Positions 37,078-47,476 of a stretch of DNA of 64,000 nt are shown here, one piece after another. A model generated the notes under the pieces. It worked only from the letters and a program-made list of their open reading frames with translations, was not told the DNA's origin and did not search any database. Made by a program: the position numbers and the translations under genes. The first letter of the stretch is position 1. Each line of letters opens with the position of its first letter. The DNA lies in assembly GCA_963715985.1 (NCBI GenBank), contig CAVQSP010000003.1:1-64000 (forward strand), read 5' to 3'. This stretch comes from an uncultured Thermoleophilia bacterium (GTDB taxonomy: Bacteria > Actinomycetota > Thermoleophilia > UBA2241).

Positions 37078-38535
37078 ATGTTGGATCCGGTCGAGTACGC
37101 GACGTTCGACGGTCTCGGGCTGGCAGCGCTCGTCGAGAGCGGCGAGGTCTCGGCGGCCGAGACTGCGACCGCCGCGCTCGCCGCGAACGACATCGTCGAC
37201 CGGCAGCTTCGCGCGGTTGTGGAGACCTACGAGGAGGCGCGGCACAGCACTCCCGCGGACCTCGGCGACGGGCCGTTCCGGGGCGTGCCCTTCCTGATCA
37301 AGGACATGGGCCCGCACTTCGGGGGCCTCAAGCTGGAGTTCGGCAGCCGCCTCTGTGAGGGATACACGCCGGCCGAGGACGACTTCTTCGCACGACTCGT
37401 GAAGGAGTCCGGAGTGTCCCTCGTCGGTCGCTCGAACACGCCCGAGTTCTCCATGGCGCTCTGCGCGGACAACCTACTGTACGGGGCCACGTCCAACCCG
37501 TGGCGGGCCGGCTACTCGACCAGCGGGTCGTCCGGCGGCGCGGCGGCTGCGGTCGCCGCCGGCATCGTGCCGGTCGCGCACGGCTCCGATCTGGGCGGGT
37601 CGATCCGCGGCCCGGCCGCCTGGTGCGGCACGGTAGGCCTGCAGCCCTCCCGCGGCCGCGTCTCCTGCGGTCCCGCCGTCGCCGAGTCGGGCAACGGCAT
37701 GTCGCAGAACTTCGTCCTCACGCGGTCCGTCCGTGACACCGCCGCGATGCTGGACTGCCTGGGCCGACCTCAAGCCGGCGACCCGTTCGTCATCCCCCGG
37801 CCCGAGCGGCCCTACCTGGACTACGTCTCGGGCCTGCGCGAGCGCCGGCGCATCGCCTGGTCGGCCGCTCCCCTCATGGACGCGCCTGTCGATCCGGAGG
37901 TCGCGACCGCAGTGGAGCGCGTGGCCGGCGTGTTGCAGGAACTCGGTCACGAGGTCGTCGAGGACGCCCCGGACATCGATCTGCCGGCGCTCGACCGCGC
38001 CCTCTTCGAGGTCTGGTACTTTCGCTTCGACAAACGGCTCGACGAGCTGGCGGCGTCGGTCGGGCGGGCGGTCGGACCCGAGACCGTCGGGCGGGCGACG
38101 CTACGCTTCTACGAGTTCGCGCGCCGCCAGGACCCGGAGCGCTTCTACGCGGCTCTGGACGCGCTCAACTCCGCGCGACGCGCCTTCGGGCCCTTCTTCA
38201 CAGACTACGACGTGTGGCTCTCCCCGACCTGCGCCCAGGTCGCCCAGCCCAACGGGGTGTATGGGATGGACCTCGACCTGCAGCCCGAGGAGTTCCTCCA
38301 GCACGAGCAGCGTCCGTGCCAGTACATGGTCGTGTACAACATGGCCGGCACGCCGGCGATCTCGCTGCCGCTCGAGCAGCACAGCGGCGGGCTCCCCATC
38401 GGCGTCCAGCTGGGCGCGGGTCCCGCACGCGAGCACGTGCTCATCGGGCTGGCGGGGGAGCTGGAGGAGGCGCTCCCGTGGGCGGCAAGAGTGCCGCCCC
38501 TGCACGTCACCAGGCTCCAAGGCGCGACGACCTGA
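37078..38535 (+). CDS. Amidase-signature family amidase (NylA-like)
   Basis: GVPFLIKD, SNTPEF, TSNPW, GSSGGAAAAVA and GSDLGGSIRGPA (Ser-cisSer-Lys triad). Confidence 0.9.
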   Translation: MLDPVEYATFDGLGLAALVESGEVSAAETATAALAANDIVDRQLRAVVETYEEARHSTPADLGDGPFRGVPFLIKDMGPHFGGLKLEFGSRLCEGYTPAEDDFFARLVKESGVSLVGRSNTPEFSMALCADNLLYGATSNPWRAGYSTSGSSGGAAAAVAAGIVPVAHGSDLGGSIRGPAAWCGTVGLQPSRGRVSCGPAVAESGNGMSQNFVLTRSVRDTAAMLDCLGRPQAGDPFVIPRPERPYLDYVSGLRERRRIAWSAAPLMDAPVDPEVATAVERVAGVLQELGHEVVEDAPDIDLPALDRALFEVWYFRFDKRLDELAASVGRAVGPETVGRATLRFYEFARRQDPERFYAALDALNSARRAFGPFFTDYDVWLSPTCAQVAQPNGVYGMDLDLQPEEFLQHEQRPCQYMVVYNMAGTPAISLPLEQHSGGLPIGVQLGAGPAREHVLIGLAGELEEALPWAARVPPLHVTRLQGATT

Positions 38536-38575
38536 CGCTGCCGGTCGCGAGCGGCCGCCGGCCGGCGGCCGCTCG

Positions 38576-39727
38576 TCATCGGGCGCCCGGGCGACCCAGA
38601 CGCTTGGGCGACCTCAGCCCGTACTCGTCCAAGACGGCGCGCAGCCGTTTACCGTCGAGTGCATGGGCGATGACGCCGTCGCGACCCTCCATGGTCTCCG
38701 CCTGCAGCAACGCGTTCAGGACGGCCTCCGCGGTCACCTCGGCGGCGGCCTGCAGGAGGGCGTCGATGTGCGGCAATGAGACCCACTCGGCGCTCAGACG
38801 AACCGGGCCCCCGACGCCGTAGTCCTGGCGCGGTATGCCCTGATCCGCCGTGCTGAAGGCGAAGAAGATGTCACCGGAGTAGTGGTCGCCGTAGGCGCCG
38901 AGGAACGCCAGTCCAAGGCCGGCCCGCTGCGCCACGCGCCGGAGTTGCGTCGGCAGGAGAGGCGCGTCGGTGGCCAGCACGACGATGATGGAGCCGGCTC
39001 GCACCGGACCACGCTCTTCGGGCAGTACCGGCAGCGGGACCACGCTGTCGTCCAGGATCTGGCCGACGGGGACGCCGTTCACGGCGAAGACCTCGCGCGA
39101 GGAGTGGTTGGCCTGCACGAGCGCGCCTATCGTGAATTGTTCGCCGGGCAGCTCGACGGTACGTGAGGCACTGCCCGTGCCGCCTTTGAAGCCGTGGCAC
39201 ACCATGCCGGTGCCGCCGCCGACGTTGCCTTCAGGCACCGGCCCGTCCGCCGCCCGCGCGAGCGCCTCGACTACGTGCTCGGCGCGCACGTGCTGCCCAC
39301 CGATGTCGTTCAGGACACCGTCCCACGTCTCGGCCACGTGCGGCATGCTCCAGTAGAGCTTGCCCGGGCCGCGCGCCTCGACCTCACGGCGCACGAGGGC
39401 GTCGCGCACGACGCCGACGCTATGCGTGTTGGTGAGGGCGATCGGCGACATCAAGAGGCCGCTCTCACGCACCCACTCGAGGCCGGTGAACTCGCCGTTG
39501 CCATTGAGCGTGTGGCACCCGGCGAACAGCGGCTGCTCGCTGATCTCGCCATCGCGCGGCACCACGACGGTAACGCCGGTGCGCACCGGCCCCCGGCCGA
39601 CCACCAGGGCTCCCGCGCCCTCCACCAGGGTAACGCAGCCGACACGCACACCGGGCACGTCGGTGATGGCGTTCCCGGGCCCCGGAACGCCCAGGCCGAT
39701 CTCGATGCCAAGGTCTCTGGCTCGCAT
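38576..39727 (-). CDS. dmpA: DmpA/peptidase S58 (P1) family Ntn aminopeptidase
   Basis: NAITDVPGVRVG, RTGVT, NGNGEFTG, EGNVGGGTGM, the GS-IIVVLATDAP autocleavage site and SGDIFFAFST. Confidence 0.9.
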   Translation of the reverse strand: MRARDLGIEIGLGVPGPGNAITDVPGVRVGCVTLVEGAGALVVGRGPVRTGVTVVVPRDGEISEQPLFAGCHTLNGNGEFTGLEWVRESGLLMSPIALTNTHSVGVVRDALVRREVEARGPGKLYWSMPHVAETWDGVLNDIGGQHVRAEHVVEALARAADGPVPEGNVGGGTGMVCHGFKGGTGSASRTVELPGEQFTIGALVQANHSSREVFAVNGVPVGQILDDSVVPLPVLPEERGPVRAGSIIVVLATDAPLLPTQLRRVAQRAGLGLAFLGAYGDHYSGDIFFAFSTADQGIPRQDYGVGGPVRLSAEWVSLPHIDALLQAAAEVTAEAVLNALLQAETMEGRDGVIAHALDGKRLRAVLDEYGLRSPKRLGRPGAR

Positions 39728-39761
39728 CAGGGCCTCCCCGCGCGGATTCGCGCGCGAGCGC

Positions 39762-40992
39762 TCATGAGGCGCCGGCCAGCGTCGCGGCGATCGCGTCGAA
39801 CATGGCGACGTGGTCCAGCCACAGATCGTCGTCGAGCGCCATCGGCAGCGTGGACAGCTTCACGATCACCACCTGCGCCGGCACGTTGACATAGACGAAC
39901 TGGCCGTGGATCCCGGAAGCCATGTAGACGCCCTCGTCGGGGCGGATGACCCACCACTGATTGCGATAGAAGGCGAGAGGATACCGGTCGTGCTGTTCGG
40001 AGCCGGCGAAGGCGGCCAGCGAGTCGGGGCCACCGAGACGCGTGTCGTGGACCCACTCGGCGGGGACGATCTGCCGGTCGTTGAAGAAGCCGCCGTCAAG
40101 ATGCATCTGGCCGAATCGCGCCATGTCGCGCAGTGTCGCGCAGATGCCGCCGTCGACCCACGGTCCCCCGTGGTGGTCGACGGTGATCTCGGCGTCTTCC
40201 TGGGCGCCCAAGGGAGCCCAGACAGCCTCGCTCAGCAGGTCCGCCACCGATGCGTCGGCGGCGCGCGCGAGTACCCATCCCAGCACGTCGGTGAGGATCG
40301 ATCGATACTCGAAGGTGCCCCCGTGTGCGCGGTCGTTCGACAGCGTGGGCACGTACCCGTAGAGACCGGGTGAGACCTGGCCGGGCGGCGGCGGTCCCCA
40401 GTCCGCGACCCAATCGAGCATGCCCGCGTCCGACGACGGATCCTCGTAATCCTCGATGAAGTGCGTGCCCGTACGCATGTCGAGGAGGTGGCGCACCGTC
40501 GCCCCTTCGAAGGAGGTGCCGCGCAACTCCGTGAGCACATCGATGACGAGGTCGTCGGGCGTGAGTTGGCCGCGGCCGATGACGACGCCCGCCAGGGTGC
40601 CGATGACCGATTTGGAGACCGACATGAGCAGGTGGCGTGTCGCGGGCGTCATGGCGTTGAAGTAGCGTTCGGTCGCCACGCGGCCGTGGTGCAGCGCCAG
40701 AAGCCCATCCGTGTAGGTGCGCCCGAGCTGCTCCGGTACGGTCACGACCTCGCCCTGCGTTGTGAGAGACGTGACGGCGTCGAGATCGACGGGAGCGGGT
40801 TCCAGGCTGCTCACGGGTCCGTCCCCACGCCACACCCGTGCCGCCGGCACGAGCTCACCGACGTGCTGGAACGACCAGCGGTGGAACGGAGCCTTCTCCC
40901 AGTTCCAGAATGTGACCTCTTTGTCGGTGGGAGGAGGGGAGCCTTTGCATGAGCCCCAATTCGGCGGCGGTCTGGGGTGCCTCGCTCGTCAT
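39762..40992 (-). CDS. Beta-lactamase-fold serine hydrolase, NylB (6-aminohexanoate-dimer hydrolase)-like; frameshift near 40945
   Basis: HLLMSVSKS (SxxK), HLLDMRTG, FEYRSILTDVLG and SGIHGQ. The N-terminus MTSEAPQTAAELGLMQ..NWEKAPFHRWSFQHV is recovered by removing one base. Confidence 0.85.
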
Positions 40993-41117
40993 GATGTCTC
41001 TCCTTTGTCCGGCACGGGTGTCGGCCGACCTCCGTTCTCCCACGAGGTGCGGGCGCGGCGGGCCGGTCGACCGGTGGTGAAGGTCAGTCCAGTCCGTCGC
41101 GGTCGCGGGGCACGTCT

Positions 41118-42221
41118 TCAGGGTCGATCGCTTCGCCGCGCATCACCGCCGCCACCGTCCCAGCCCCTTCTCCGTAGGCCTGCGCCGTGTCCGCGCCCGC
41201 CGACGGGCTCGAACACAGTGTGCCGATCCTCGAACCCTTTGGCGACCGGCAGCGCGTCGAGCGGCAGGTGGCAGGCGCGGCGCGTCCCTCCGTCCGGCGT
41301 TTGCAGCATCTCGGGCGCGGACTGCTCGCAGACGTTCATGCGATAGGCGCAGCGCGGATGGAAGCGGCACCCGGGCGGCGGATCCACGGCGCTGGGCACG
41401 TCGCCGGGCAGCACGCCGAGCGCGCTGCGCTGGTCGGGGTCGGGCGACGGCACGCTCGCAAGCAGCGCGACCGTGTACGGATGACGAGGCCGGCGGAAGA
41501 GCTCGGCGGCCGGCCCCTCCTCGACGATCTTGCCCAGGTACATCACGGCGACCTTGTCGGCCACAGACTCGACCACGGCGAGGTCGTGGGCCACCAGCAG
41601 GTACGACAGACCGAGACGTTCCTTGAGCTCCTGCAACAGGACGAGGATGCGCGCCTGCACCGACACGTCGAGCGCCGACGTGGGCTCGTCCAGCACCACC
41701 ACGTCGGGCTCGAGGGCGATGGCGCGCGCGATGGCGATGCGCTGGCACTGCCCGCCGCTGAACTCATGCGAGCGGCGCCAGAGATGCTGCGTACCCAGAC
41801 CGACCATCTCGAGCAACGCCACGACGCGCTCCTCGAGCTGCTTGCCGCTCATGTGCCCGTGCGCCCGCAGGGGCTCGGCTACGAGGTCGTGAACCGTCAT
41901 CCTCGGATCGAGCGAGGAGTACGGATCCTGGAAGACGATCTGCACACGGCGCTTCATGTCGCGCCGCTCCCGCGCGCTGTGCTCGGTCACGCCGCGGCCT
42001 TCGAAGCAGACGCGGCCGGAGGTCGGCTTGTTCAGCTGCAGCAGCGCCTCCGCGACCGTGGTCTTGCCCGAACCAGACTCGCCGACCAGCGCCAGGGTCT
42101 CGCCGGCCTCGATGCCGAACGAGACGTCGTCGACTGCGTGCACCACCAGCATCGACTTGCGCGACAGGCCGCGGCGGACCTTGAAGTGCACCGTGAGGCC
42201 CTCCACAGACAGCAGGCTCAC
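41118..42221 (-). CDS. Oligopeptide/dipeptide ABC transporter ATP-binding protein (OppF/DppF-like)
   Basis: GESGSGKT, VFQDPYSSL, FSGGQCQRI, LDEPTSALD, HPYT and GCRFHPRC. Confidence 0.92.
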   Translation of the reverse strand: MSLLSVEGLTVHFKVRRGLSRKSMLVVHAVDDVSFGIEAGETLALVGESGSGKTTVAEALLQLNKPTSGRVCFEGRGVTEHSARERRDMKRRVQIVFQDPYSSLDPRMTVHDLVAEPLRAHGHMSGKQLEERVVALLEMVGLGTQHLWRRSHEFSGGQCQRIAIARAIALEPDVVVLDEPTSALDVSVQARILVLLQELKERLGLSYLLVAHDLAVVESVADKVAVMYLGKIVEEGPAAELFRRPRHPYTVALLASVPSPDPDQRSALGVLPGDVPSAVDPPPGCRFHPRCAYRMNVCEQSAPEMLQTPDGGTRRACHLPLDALPVAKGFEDRHTVFEPVGGRGHGAGLRRRGWDGGGGDARRSDRP

Positions 42222-43216
42222 GCCGTCACCGTCAATTGCGTCGCGTCGAGGCGCTCTGCCACGTAGTGGCATGACACCCAGTGTTCGTCCGAGATGGGCG
42301 TCGGCTGCGGCTTCTCGCCGACGCAGCGGTCCATGGCGTGCTTGCAGCGTGGGTGGTAGCGGCAGCCGGACGGCGGATCGATGAGGTCAGGCACCGAGCC
42401 GGGGATGGTCGACAGCTCGCCGGCTTTCTTGCCGTGGGGCAGGCACTCGTAGAGCGCCACGGTGTAGGGGTGTTGCGGGTGTTTCATCACGTCGCTCGTG
42501 CGCCCTTGTTCGACGACGGTTCCGGCGTACATCACCGCGACCCGGTCGGTGGTCTGCGCTGCGACGCCGACGTTGTGCGTGATGAGGATCTGCGCGACTC
42601 CGAGCTCTTGCCGCAGGTCGAGCAGGAGCTGAAGGATCTGCGACTGGATGGTCACGTCGAGAGCCGTCGTCGGCTCGTCGGCGATGAGCAGGGGCGAGCC
42701 ACACGAGATCGCCATGGCCATGCAGGCACGCTGGCGCATGCCGCCGCTCAGCTGGTGCGGATACGAGTCCAGGATGGTGTCCGTCGTCGGCAGCCCTGTG
42801 GCCGCCAGTGCGCGCCTCGTGGCCTCCCGCGCTTCCTTCGCCGGCACGCGTTTGTGCGTGCGGATGACCCGGGTGATCTGCTCGCCGATCGTGAACACAG
42901 GGTTCAGGGATGCGAGTGGGTCCTGAAACACCATGGAGATGACCTTGCCACGGATGAGCTGCATCTCCTCGTCGCTCTTTGCGAGGAGGCTCTCGCCACG
43001 AAAGAGGATGTCGCCGCTGGTGATACGCACCTGCTGCTTGGGCAGGAGGCCGAGCACCGCGAAGCCGGTGACGGTCTTGCCGCACCCGGATTCGCCTACG
43101 AGCCCGAGGATCTCGCGCTCGCGCACGGTCAGGTTGACGCCGTCGAGCGCCTTCACGACGCCGCGCAGACTGACGAACTCAAGGTGCAGATCGCGGATCT
43201 CGAGGAGGTCGCCCAT
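42218..43216 (-). CDS. Oligopeptide/dipeptide ABC transporter ATP-binding protein (OppD/DppD-like)
   Basis: GESGCGKT, YPHQLSGGMRQR and IADEPTTALDV. Confidence 0.93.
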   Translation of the reverse strand: MGDLLEIRDLHLEFVSLRGVVKALDGVNLTVREREILGLVGESGCGKTVTGFAVLGLLPKQQVRITSGDILFRGESLLAKSDEEMQLIRGKVISMVFQDPLASLNPVFTIGEQITRVIRTHKRVPAKEAREATRRALAATGLPTTDTILDSYPHQLSGGMRQRACMAMAISCGSPLLIADEPTTALDVTIQSQILQLLLDLRQELGVAQILITHNVGVAAQTTDRVAVMYAGTVVEQGRTSDVMKHPQHPYTVALYECLPHGKKAGELSTIPGSVPDLIDPPSGCRYHPRCKHAMDRCVGEKPQPTPISDEHWVSCHYVAERLDATQLTVTA

Positions 43217-43219
43217 CGC

Positions 43220-44140
43220 CTACCGCCGGGTGCGCGGGTCGAGCACGTCGCGCAAGCCGTCGCCGACGAAGTTGAAGGCAAGGACGAGCATGAAGATGGC
43301 GAGGCCGGCAAAGACCGCCATCCACCACTGCGACAGGATGTAGAGACGGCCTTCGGAGATCATGAGTCCCCAGTCCGGGGTGGGAGGCTGGGCGCCGAGG
43401 CCGATGAAGCTGAGCCCCGCAACGGCGAGGATGACGGTGCCGATGTCGAGCGTGAGCTGCACGATCACGGGCCCCATGGCGTTCGGCAGAATGTGGCTCC
43501 AGATGACTTTGTGGCTGCTCACGCCCATGGTCCTGGCGGCCTTCACATACGGGCGCTGGCGCAACGACACGGCGATGCCGCGCACGAGGCGCGCGTACCA
43601 CGGCCACCAGGTGACTACCAGCGCGATGGCGACGTTACGCAGCCCGGGTCCCGAGAGCGCGACCAGCGCCATGGCCAGGATGAGACTGGGGAACGCCAGG
43701 ATGAGGTCGGTGACTCGCATGATGACCTCGTCGATCCAGCCGCCGAAGTAGCCGGCGACGCCGCCCAGAGGCACGCCGATGAGGATGACGCCGACCGCCA
43801 CAGCGGCGGCGACGGTGAGCGAGACGCGCGCGCCGTAGATGACGCGGCTCAGCACGTCGCGCCCCAGGTTGTCGTTGCCGAACGGGTACTCGGCCGACGG
43901 CGGATGCAGCCGCTCCTTCAGGTTCGATTTGCCTTGGCCCTGGTCGGGGTATGGGGCGACGACGGGGGCGAAGATCGCGACCACGACGACGAAGATGATG
44001 AACGCCAGCCCGACCACGGCCAGCTTGTCCTTGAAGAAGATGCGTACGCTGTGCCGCATCTCGCTGAGTCGCGCCTGGTGACGCAGCCGCCAGTCGGCCA
44101 GGAACCCCGACGGTGTCTGTGCCGGTATCGAACTCGCCAC
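43220..44140 (-). CDS. ABC transporter permease (OppC/DppC-like)
   Basis: FGNDNLGRDVLSRVIYGARVSL, HILPN and FNFVGDGLRDVLDP; TAG stop. Confidence 0.93.
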   Translation of the reverse strand: MASSIPAQTPSGFLADWRLRHQARLSEMRHSVRIFFKDKLAVVGLAFIIFVVVVAIFAPVVAPYPDQGQGKSNLKERLHPPSAEYPFGNDNLGRDVLSRVIYGARVSLTVAAAVAVGVILIGVPLGGVAGYFGGWIDEVIMRVTDLILAFPSLILAMALVALSGPGLRNVAIALVVTWWPWYARLVRGIAVSLRQRPYVKAARTMGVSSHKVIWSHILPNAMGPVIVQLTLDIGTVILAVAGLSFIGLGAQPPTPDWGLMISEGRLYILSQWWMAVFAGLAIFMLVLAFNFVGDGLRDVLDPRTRR

Positions 44141-44150
44141 GTAGCCCTCC

Positions 44151-45173
44151 CTAGTTCAATACCACGCGCGGGTCGATCCAGATGAGCATGAGGTCGACTG
44201 CGAGGTTGACGAAGACGTACACGAGTGCGACGAGCAGGGTCACGCCCATGATGGCGGGGTAGTCCAGCGCGAGCATGGCGTCGGTCGCATACCGGCCGAT
44301 GCCTGGCCAGTTGAAGATGAGCTCGATGAAGAACGCGCCGATGATCGAGTAGGCGAACAGCAACCCCGTCACGGTGAGGACGGGAGCGAGCGCGTTCTTC
44401 AGCGCGTAGCGGTACACGATGACGCGCCTGGGCACACCCATGGCGCGAGCCATGCGGATGTGGTCTTGCTCCATCGATTCGAGCATGGCCGATCGCGTCA
44501 TCCGCATCACGACTCCCGTGGGGTAGGCCGCAAGGGCCAGCACCGGCAGCACGAGGTAGCGCAGGCTCTCTGTGAGGGCCGAGAAGTTGCCCGTGATGAG
44601 CGCGTCGACGAGAGGCATGTGCGTCACCGGGTGGATAGGGTTGCTCTGCATCGTCTCGATGCTCAGCATGTTCGCCACCGGGAACAGGTTGAGGATGCGG
44701 AAGAAGAAGACCTGGAAGAGCAGAGCGATGAAGAACGAGGGGAGCGACACGCCGCCCACGGCGAAGATGCGCATCACGAAGTCGATGAACTTGCCCTTGC
44801 GTTCAGCCGTGAGCGCGCCCAGCGCTACGCCGGCGGGGATCGCGATGAGCATCGAGATGATCACGAGCTGCAGGGTCACCGGCAGGAAGAGCATCATGTC
44901 GCCGAGCACCGGGCGCTTCGTGCGGAGCGACGTGCCCCAGTCGCCCTTCACCAGACCGCTCATGTAGCTCAAGTACTGCTCGTAGAGCGGCCGGTCCAGC
45001 TTGAGGATGCGGCGTGCCTCCTCAAGCGCCGGGCCGCGGGCCATGGGCCCGGCGTAGACGACGGCCGGGTCGGTGGGAATGACGCGCGCGACCGCGAAGG
45101 TGATGACCGAGATGCCGAGCACCACGAACGCCACGAGGGCGAGGCGTCTGACGAGATAGTAGCGAATCGTCAA
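44151..45173 (-). CDS. ABC transporter permease (OppB/DppB-like)
   Basis: TTG start with AGGAGG; YYLVRRL, GDWGTS, ARAMG, YALKNA, IFNWPGIG and DLMLIWIDPRV; TAG stop. Confidence 0.9.
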   Translation of the reverse strand: MTIRYYLVRRLALVAFVVLGISVITFAVARVIPTDPAVVYAGPMARGPALEEARRILKLDRPLYEQYLSYMSGLVKGDWGTSLRTKRPVLGDMMLFLPVTLQLVIISMLIAIPAGVALGALTAERKGKFIDFVMRIFAVGGVSLPSFFIALLFQVFFFRILNLFPVANMLSIETMQSNPIHPVTHMPLVDALITGNFSALTESLRYLVLPVLALAAYPTGVVMRMTRSAMLESMEQDHIRMARAMGVPRRVIVYRYALKNALAPVLTVTGLLFAYSIIGAFFIELIFNWPGIGRYATDAMLALDYPAIMGVTLLVALVYVFVNLAVDLMLIWIDPRVVLN

Positions 45174-45256
45174 CTCGGCCGGCCTCCTGTTCGGTGTTCT
45201 GTCGCGGGGCGAAGCAGGAATACGGTGAGGTCCGGGCTTCTGCTGCAGTATCGAAG

Positions 45257-45294
45257 CGAGGCGCGGCGACCGCTCGAGCGGCCGCCGCGCCTCG
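45257..45294. other. GC-rich inverted repeat between the binding-protein and permease genes (mRNA-stabilising or attenuating hairpin)
   Basis: CGAGGCGCGGCG..CGCCGCGCCTCG near-perfect palindrome. Confidence 0.5.
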
Positions 45295-45304
45295 CACCGA
45301 CTGA

Positions 45305-46927
45305 CTACTTGAGCGTCAGGTAGTAGAACAGCGTGGCGTTGGGGTAGAACGGGTTGGTCACCCACGGGTCGACGTTCAATTTGGAGCTGCAGACGGTGAC
45401 CCGCTGGGTGTCCCAGATGGTCAGCATCGGGGCTTCGTCGTAGATCATCTGCTGCGCCTGGTCGTAGGCCGCCTTGGCGCCCGTGGGGTCGGTGGACTCG
45501 GTGGTCCAGCCAGTCTTGATGAGCTTGTCGAACTCGGGGCTGTACCAGTAGCTCAGGTTCCACACGCCCTTGGACTCAGTGGCGAGGGCAGTGCGCATGC
45601 TGTCGTAGCCGTTCGCAAACGCGGGATACCAGGTCACGGTCCACGCGTCCATGGCGTCCTGCGGGTTGCCGCGAGCGCGCTCGAGGACGGTGGTGAACAG
45701 CTCGCCCTTGACTGTCACGTTCACGCCGATCTCCGCGTAGGATTCCTTCATCAGCGTGGTGCCGGTCTTCATGTAGGGCTCTTCCGTGATGTAGTCGAGC
45801 TCCATGTCGAAGCCGTCCGGGTATCCGGCCTGAGCGAGGAGCTCCTTGGCCTTCTCGAGGTCGTAGGGGTAGGGCTGGATCGCGTCGTTGTGCGGCCAGA
45901 GGCCGACCGGGATCAGGCCGGCTGACGGGGTACCGAAACCGTTGATACACGCCGCGATCATGTCCTCGGTCGGCGTGGCATAGGAGAGCGCCTGGCGGAC
46001 CAGCGGGTCGGACAGTGGTTTCTTCGCGCAGTTCAGGTAGGCGATCATGGTGACGAGGGACCTCCAGGTCTGGACCTGGAGGTCCGGGTTCGCCTTGAGC
46101 GCGTCGATCTGGTCATAAGGGATGACCCCGAGCCAGTCGAGCTGACCGGCCTCGAGCATCTGCTGGCCCGTGTTGGCCTCCGTGATGACCTGCGAGACGA
46201 TGGTCTTGTACTGGTTGTCTTTCCAGCCCCCCCAGTAGTCCGGGTAGGCGCTCATGACGATCTCCTGCTGCGGCTTGTAGCTCTCCAGCATGTAGGGGCC
46301 GGTGCCGGCGTCCTTGCCCTCGTCCCACCACTTCGTCGACTTGCCCTTGGTCGCCGGGCTGAAGATCCAGGCGCCGTACTCCGACGAGGCGATGTCGAGC
46401 AGCGGGATGCTGTCCTTGAGGAAGAACTTCACCGTGTAGTCGTCGACGACCTCGATGCGGTCGAGGTCGCCCCACAGGTAGGCGTAGCCCTGCCCCAGCT
46501 CGATGATCGCGTCGATCGAGTACTTGACGGCGTCGGCGTTGAAGGGAGTGCCGTCGTGGAAGGTCACGCCCTGCCGCAGCGTGAACGTGTACTCGAGACC
46601 GTCGGGCGAGACCTCCCAGGACTCCGCGAGCCCGGGCGCGTAGCGCGCGTCACCCTCGCCGCCCTCGGGCTTCGCCCACACGAGGGGCTCGTACATGTTG
46701 ACCATGAACTGGACCTCGCCCGAGCCGGTCACGCGCGGGTCCCAGGTGGAGACGAGGCCGTCGTCGCTGGCGCGCAGGACGTCGGCCACGGGCATCGCGC
46801 TCGACGACGGGCTCGCGCTGCTGCTGCCGTCGCCACTCTCACCGCAGCCTGTAACGACCACCCCCAGACCAGCAGCGAGCACGGCCACCGCGAGCAGGAC
46901 CGCGATTCCGAGATACTTGCGTGGCAC
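45305..46927 (-). CDS. ABC transporter substrate-binding lipoprotein, family 5 (OppA/DppA-like)
   Basis: Signal peptide with VVTGC lipobox, Ser-rich linker, LAESWEVSPDG..FHDGTPFNADAVKYS and GTGPY; TAG stop. Confidence 0.92.
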   Translation of the reverse strand: MPRKYLGIAVLLAVAVLAAGLGVVVTGCGESGDGSSSASPSSSAMPVADVLRASDDGLVSTWDPRVTGSGEVQFMVNMYEPLVWAKPEGGEGDARYAPGLAESWEVSPDGLEYTFTLRQGVTFHDGTPFNADAVKYSIDAIIELGQGYAYLWGDLDRIEVVDDYTVKFFLKDSIPLLDIASSEYGAWIFSPATKGKSTKWWDEGKDAGTGPYMLESYKPQQEIVMSAYPDYWGGWKDNQYKTIVSQVITEANTGQQMLEAGQLDWLGVIPYDQIDALKANPDLQVQTWRSLVTMIAYLNCAKKPLSDPLVRQALSYATPTEDMIAACINGFGTPSAGLIPVGLWPHNDAIQPYPYDLEKAKELLAQAGYPDGFDMELDYITEEPYMKTGTTLMKESYAEIGVNVTVKGELFTTVLERARGNPQDAMDAWTVTWYPAFANGYDSMRTALATESKGVWNLSYWYSPEFDKLIKTGWTTESTDPTGAKAAYDQAQQMIYDEAPMLTIWDTQRVTVCSSKLNVDPWVTNPFYPNATLFYYLTLK

Positions 46928-46995
46928 TCACCATCATTGCCGACCTCCGTTCCCCCTGTGTGACGTGCCGGGCGGTGTCGCCCGGCCGCCTTACG

Positions 46996-47059
46996 CACCA
47001 TCCGATGGTGATGCACCATTCGGATGGTGGGAGTGTAGCATCGCGCCGAGGGGAGTCAA
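46996..47059 (-). promoter_or_regulatory. oppA promoter TTGACT-N16-TACACT with two downstream palindromes CACCAT..ATGGTG
   Basis: -35 at 47059-47054 and extended -10 TGC-TACACT ending at 47032; palindromes at 47014-47029 and 46996-47010. Confidence 0.7.
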
Positions 47060-47476
47060 CGTCGGGCGAGCGAGGAACGTGGCGCCAGGGCATCACCGCC
47101 GGTCTGGGACAGGTTCCTCGACCACGTTCATGAGGCCGGGCGCAGCTGCGGCGCCCTCGGACACGGGCATCGACGATGCCCCCGATCAGGGCGCCTCGCA
47201 TTCTGCCGCCAGGCCGTCCGAACCGGCGACGGGAGCGGATCCCTGACGAAGATCCATCGGTCCGTTGAGGCTTTCGTTCCGCGTCCTGTCTCCTGCGACC
47301 CGCGGATCACCGGCGTGAACGGCAAGGGGGAACGCTACCGGCTCACCGGCCAGCCCAAGTCCCGCACGCTGCGCGGGCCCCGTCGCGGGGAGGAAGGCCT
47401 CGCTCCCCGCGAGGGGTCGAACGAGGAGACGGCCACAGGGGCCTGGGTCAAGCGATGTGGGGACGGTCGCGCTGGG

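Noticed and set aside
47130-47470. Possible cobalamin riboswitch or gene remnant between the oppA promoter and tetR
   Set aside because: No B12-box recognised; only a GC hairpin near 47377-47415 (possible tetR terminator) and a short unassignable peptide-like stretch.
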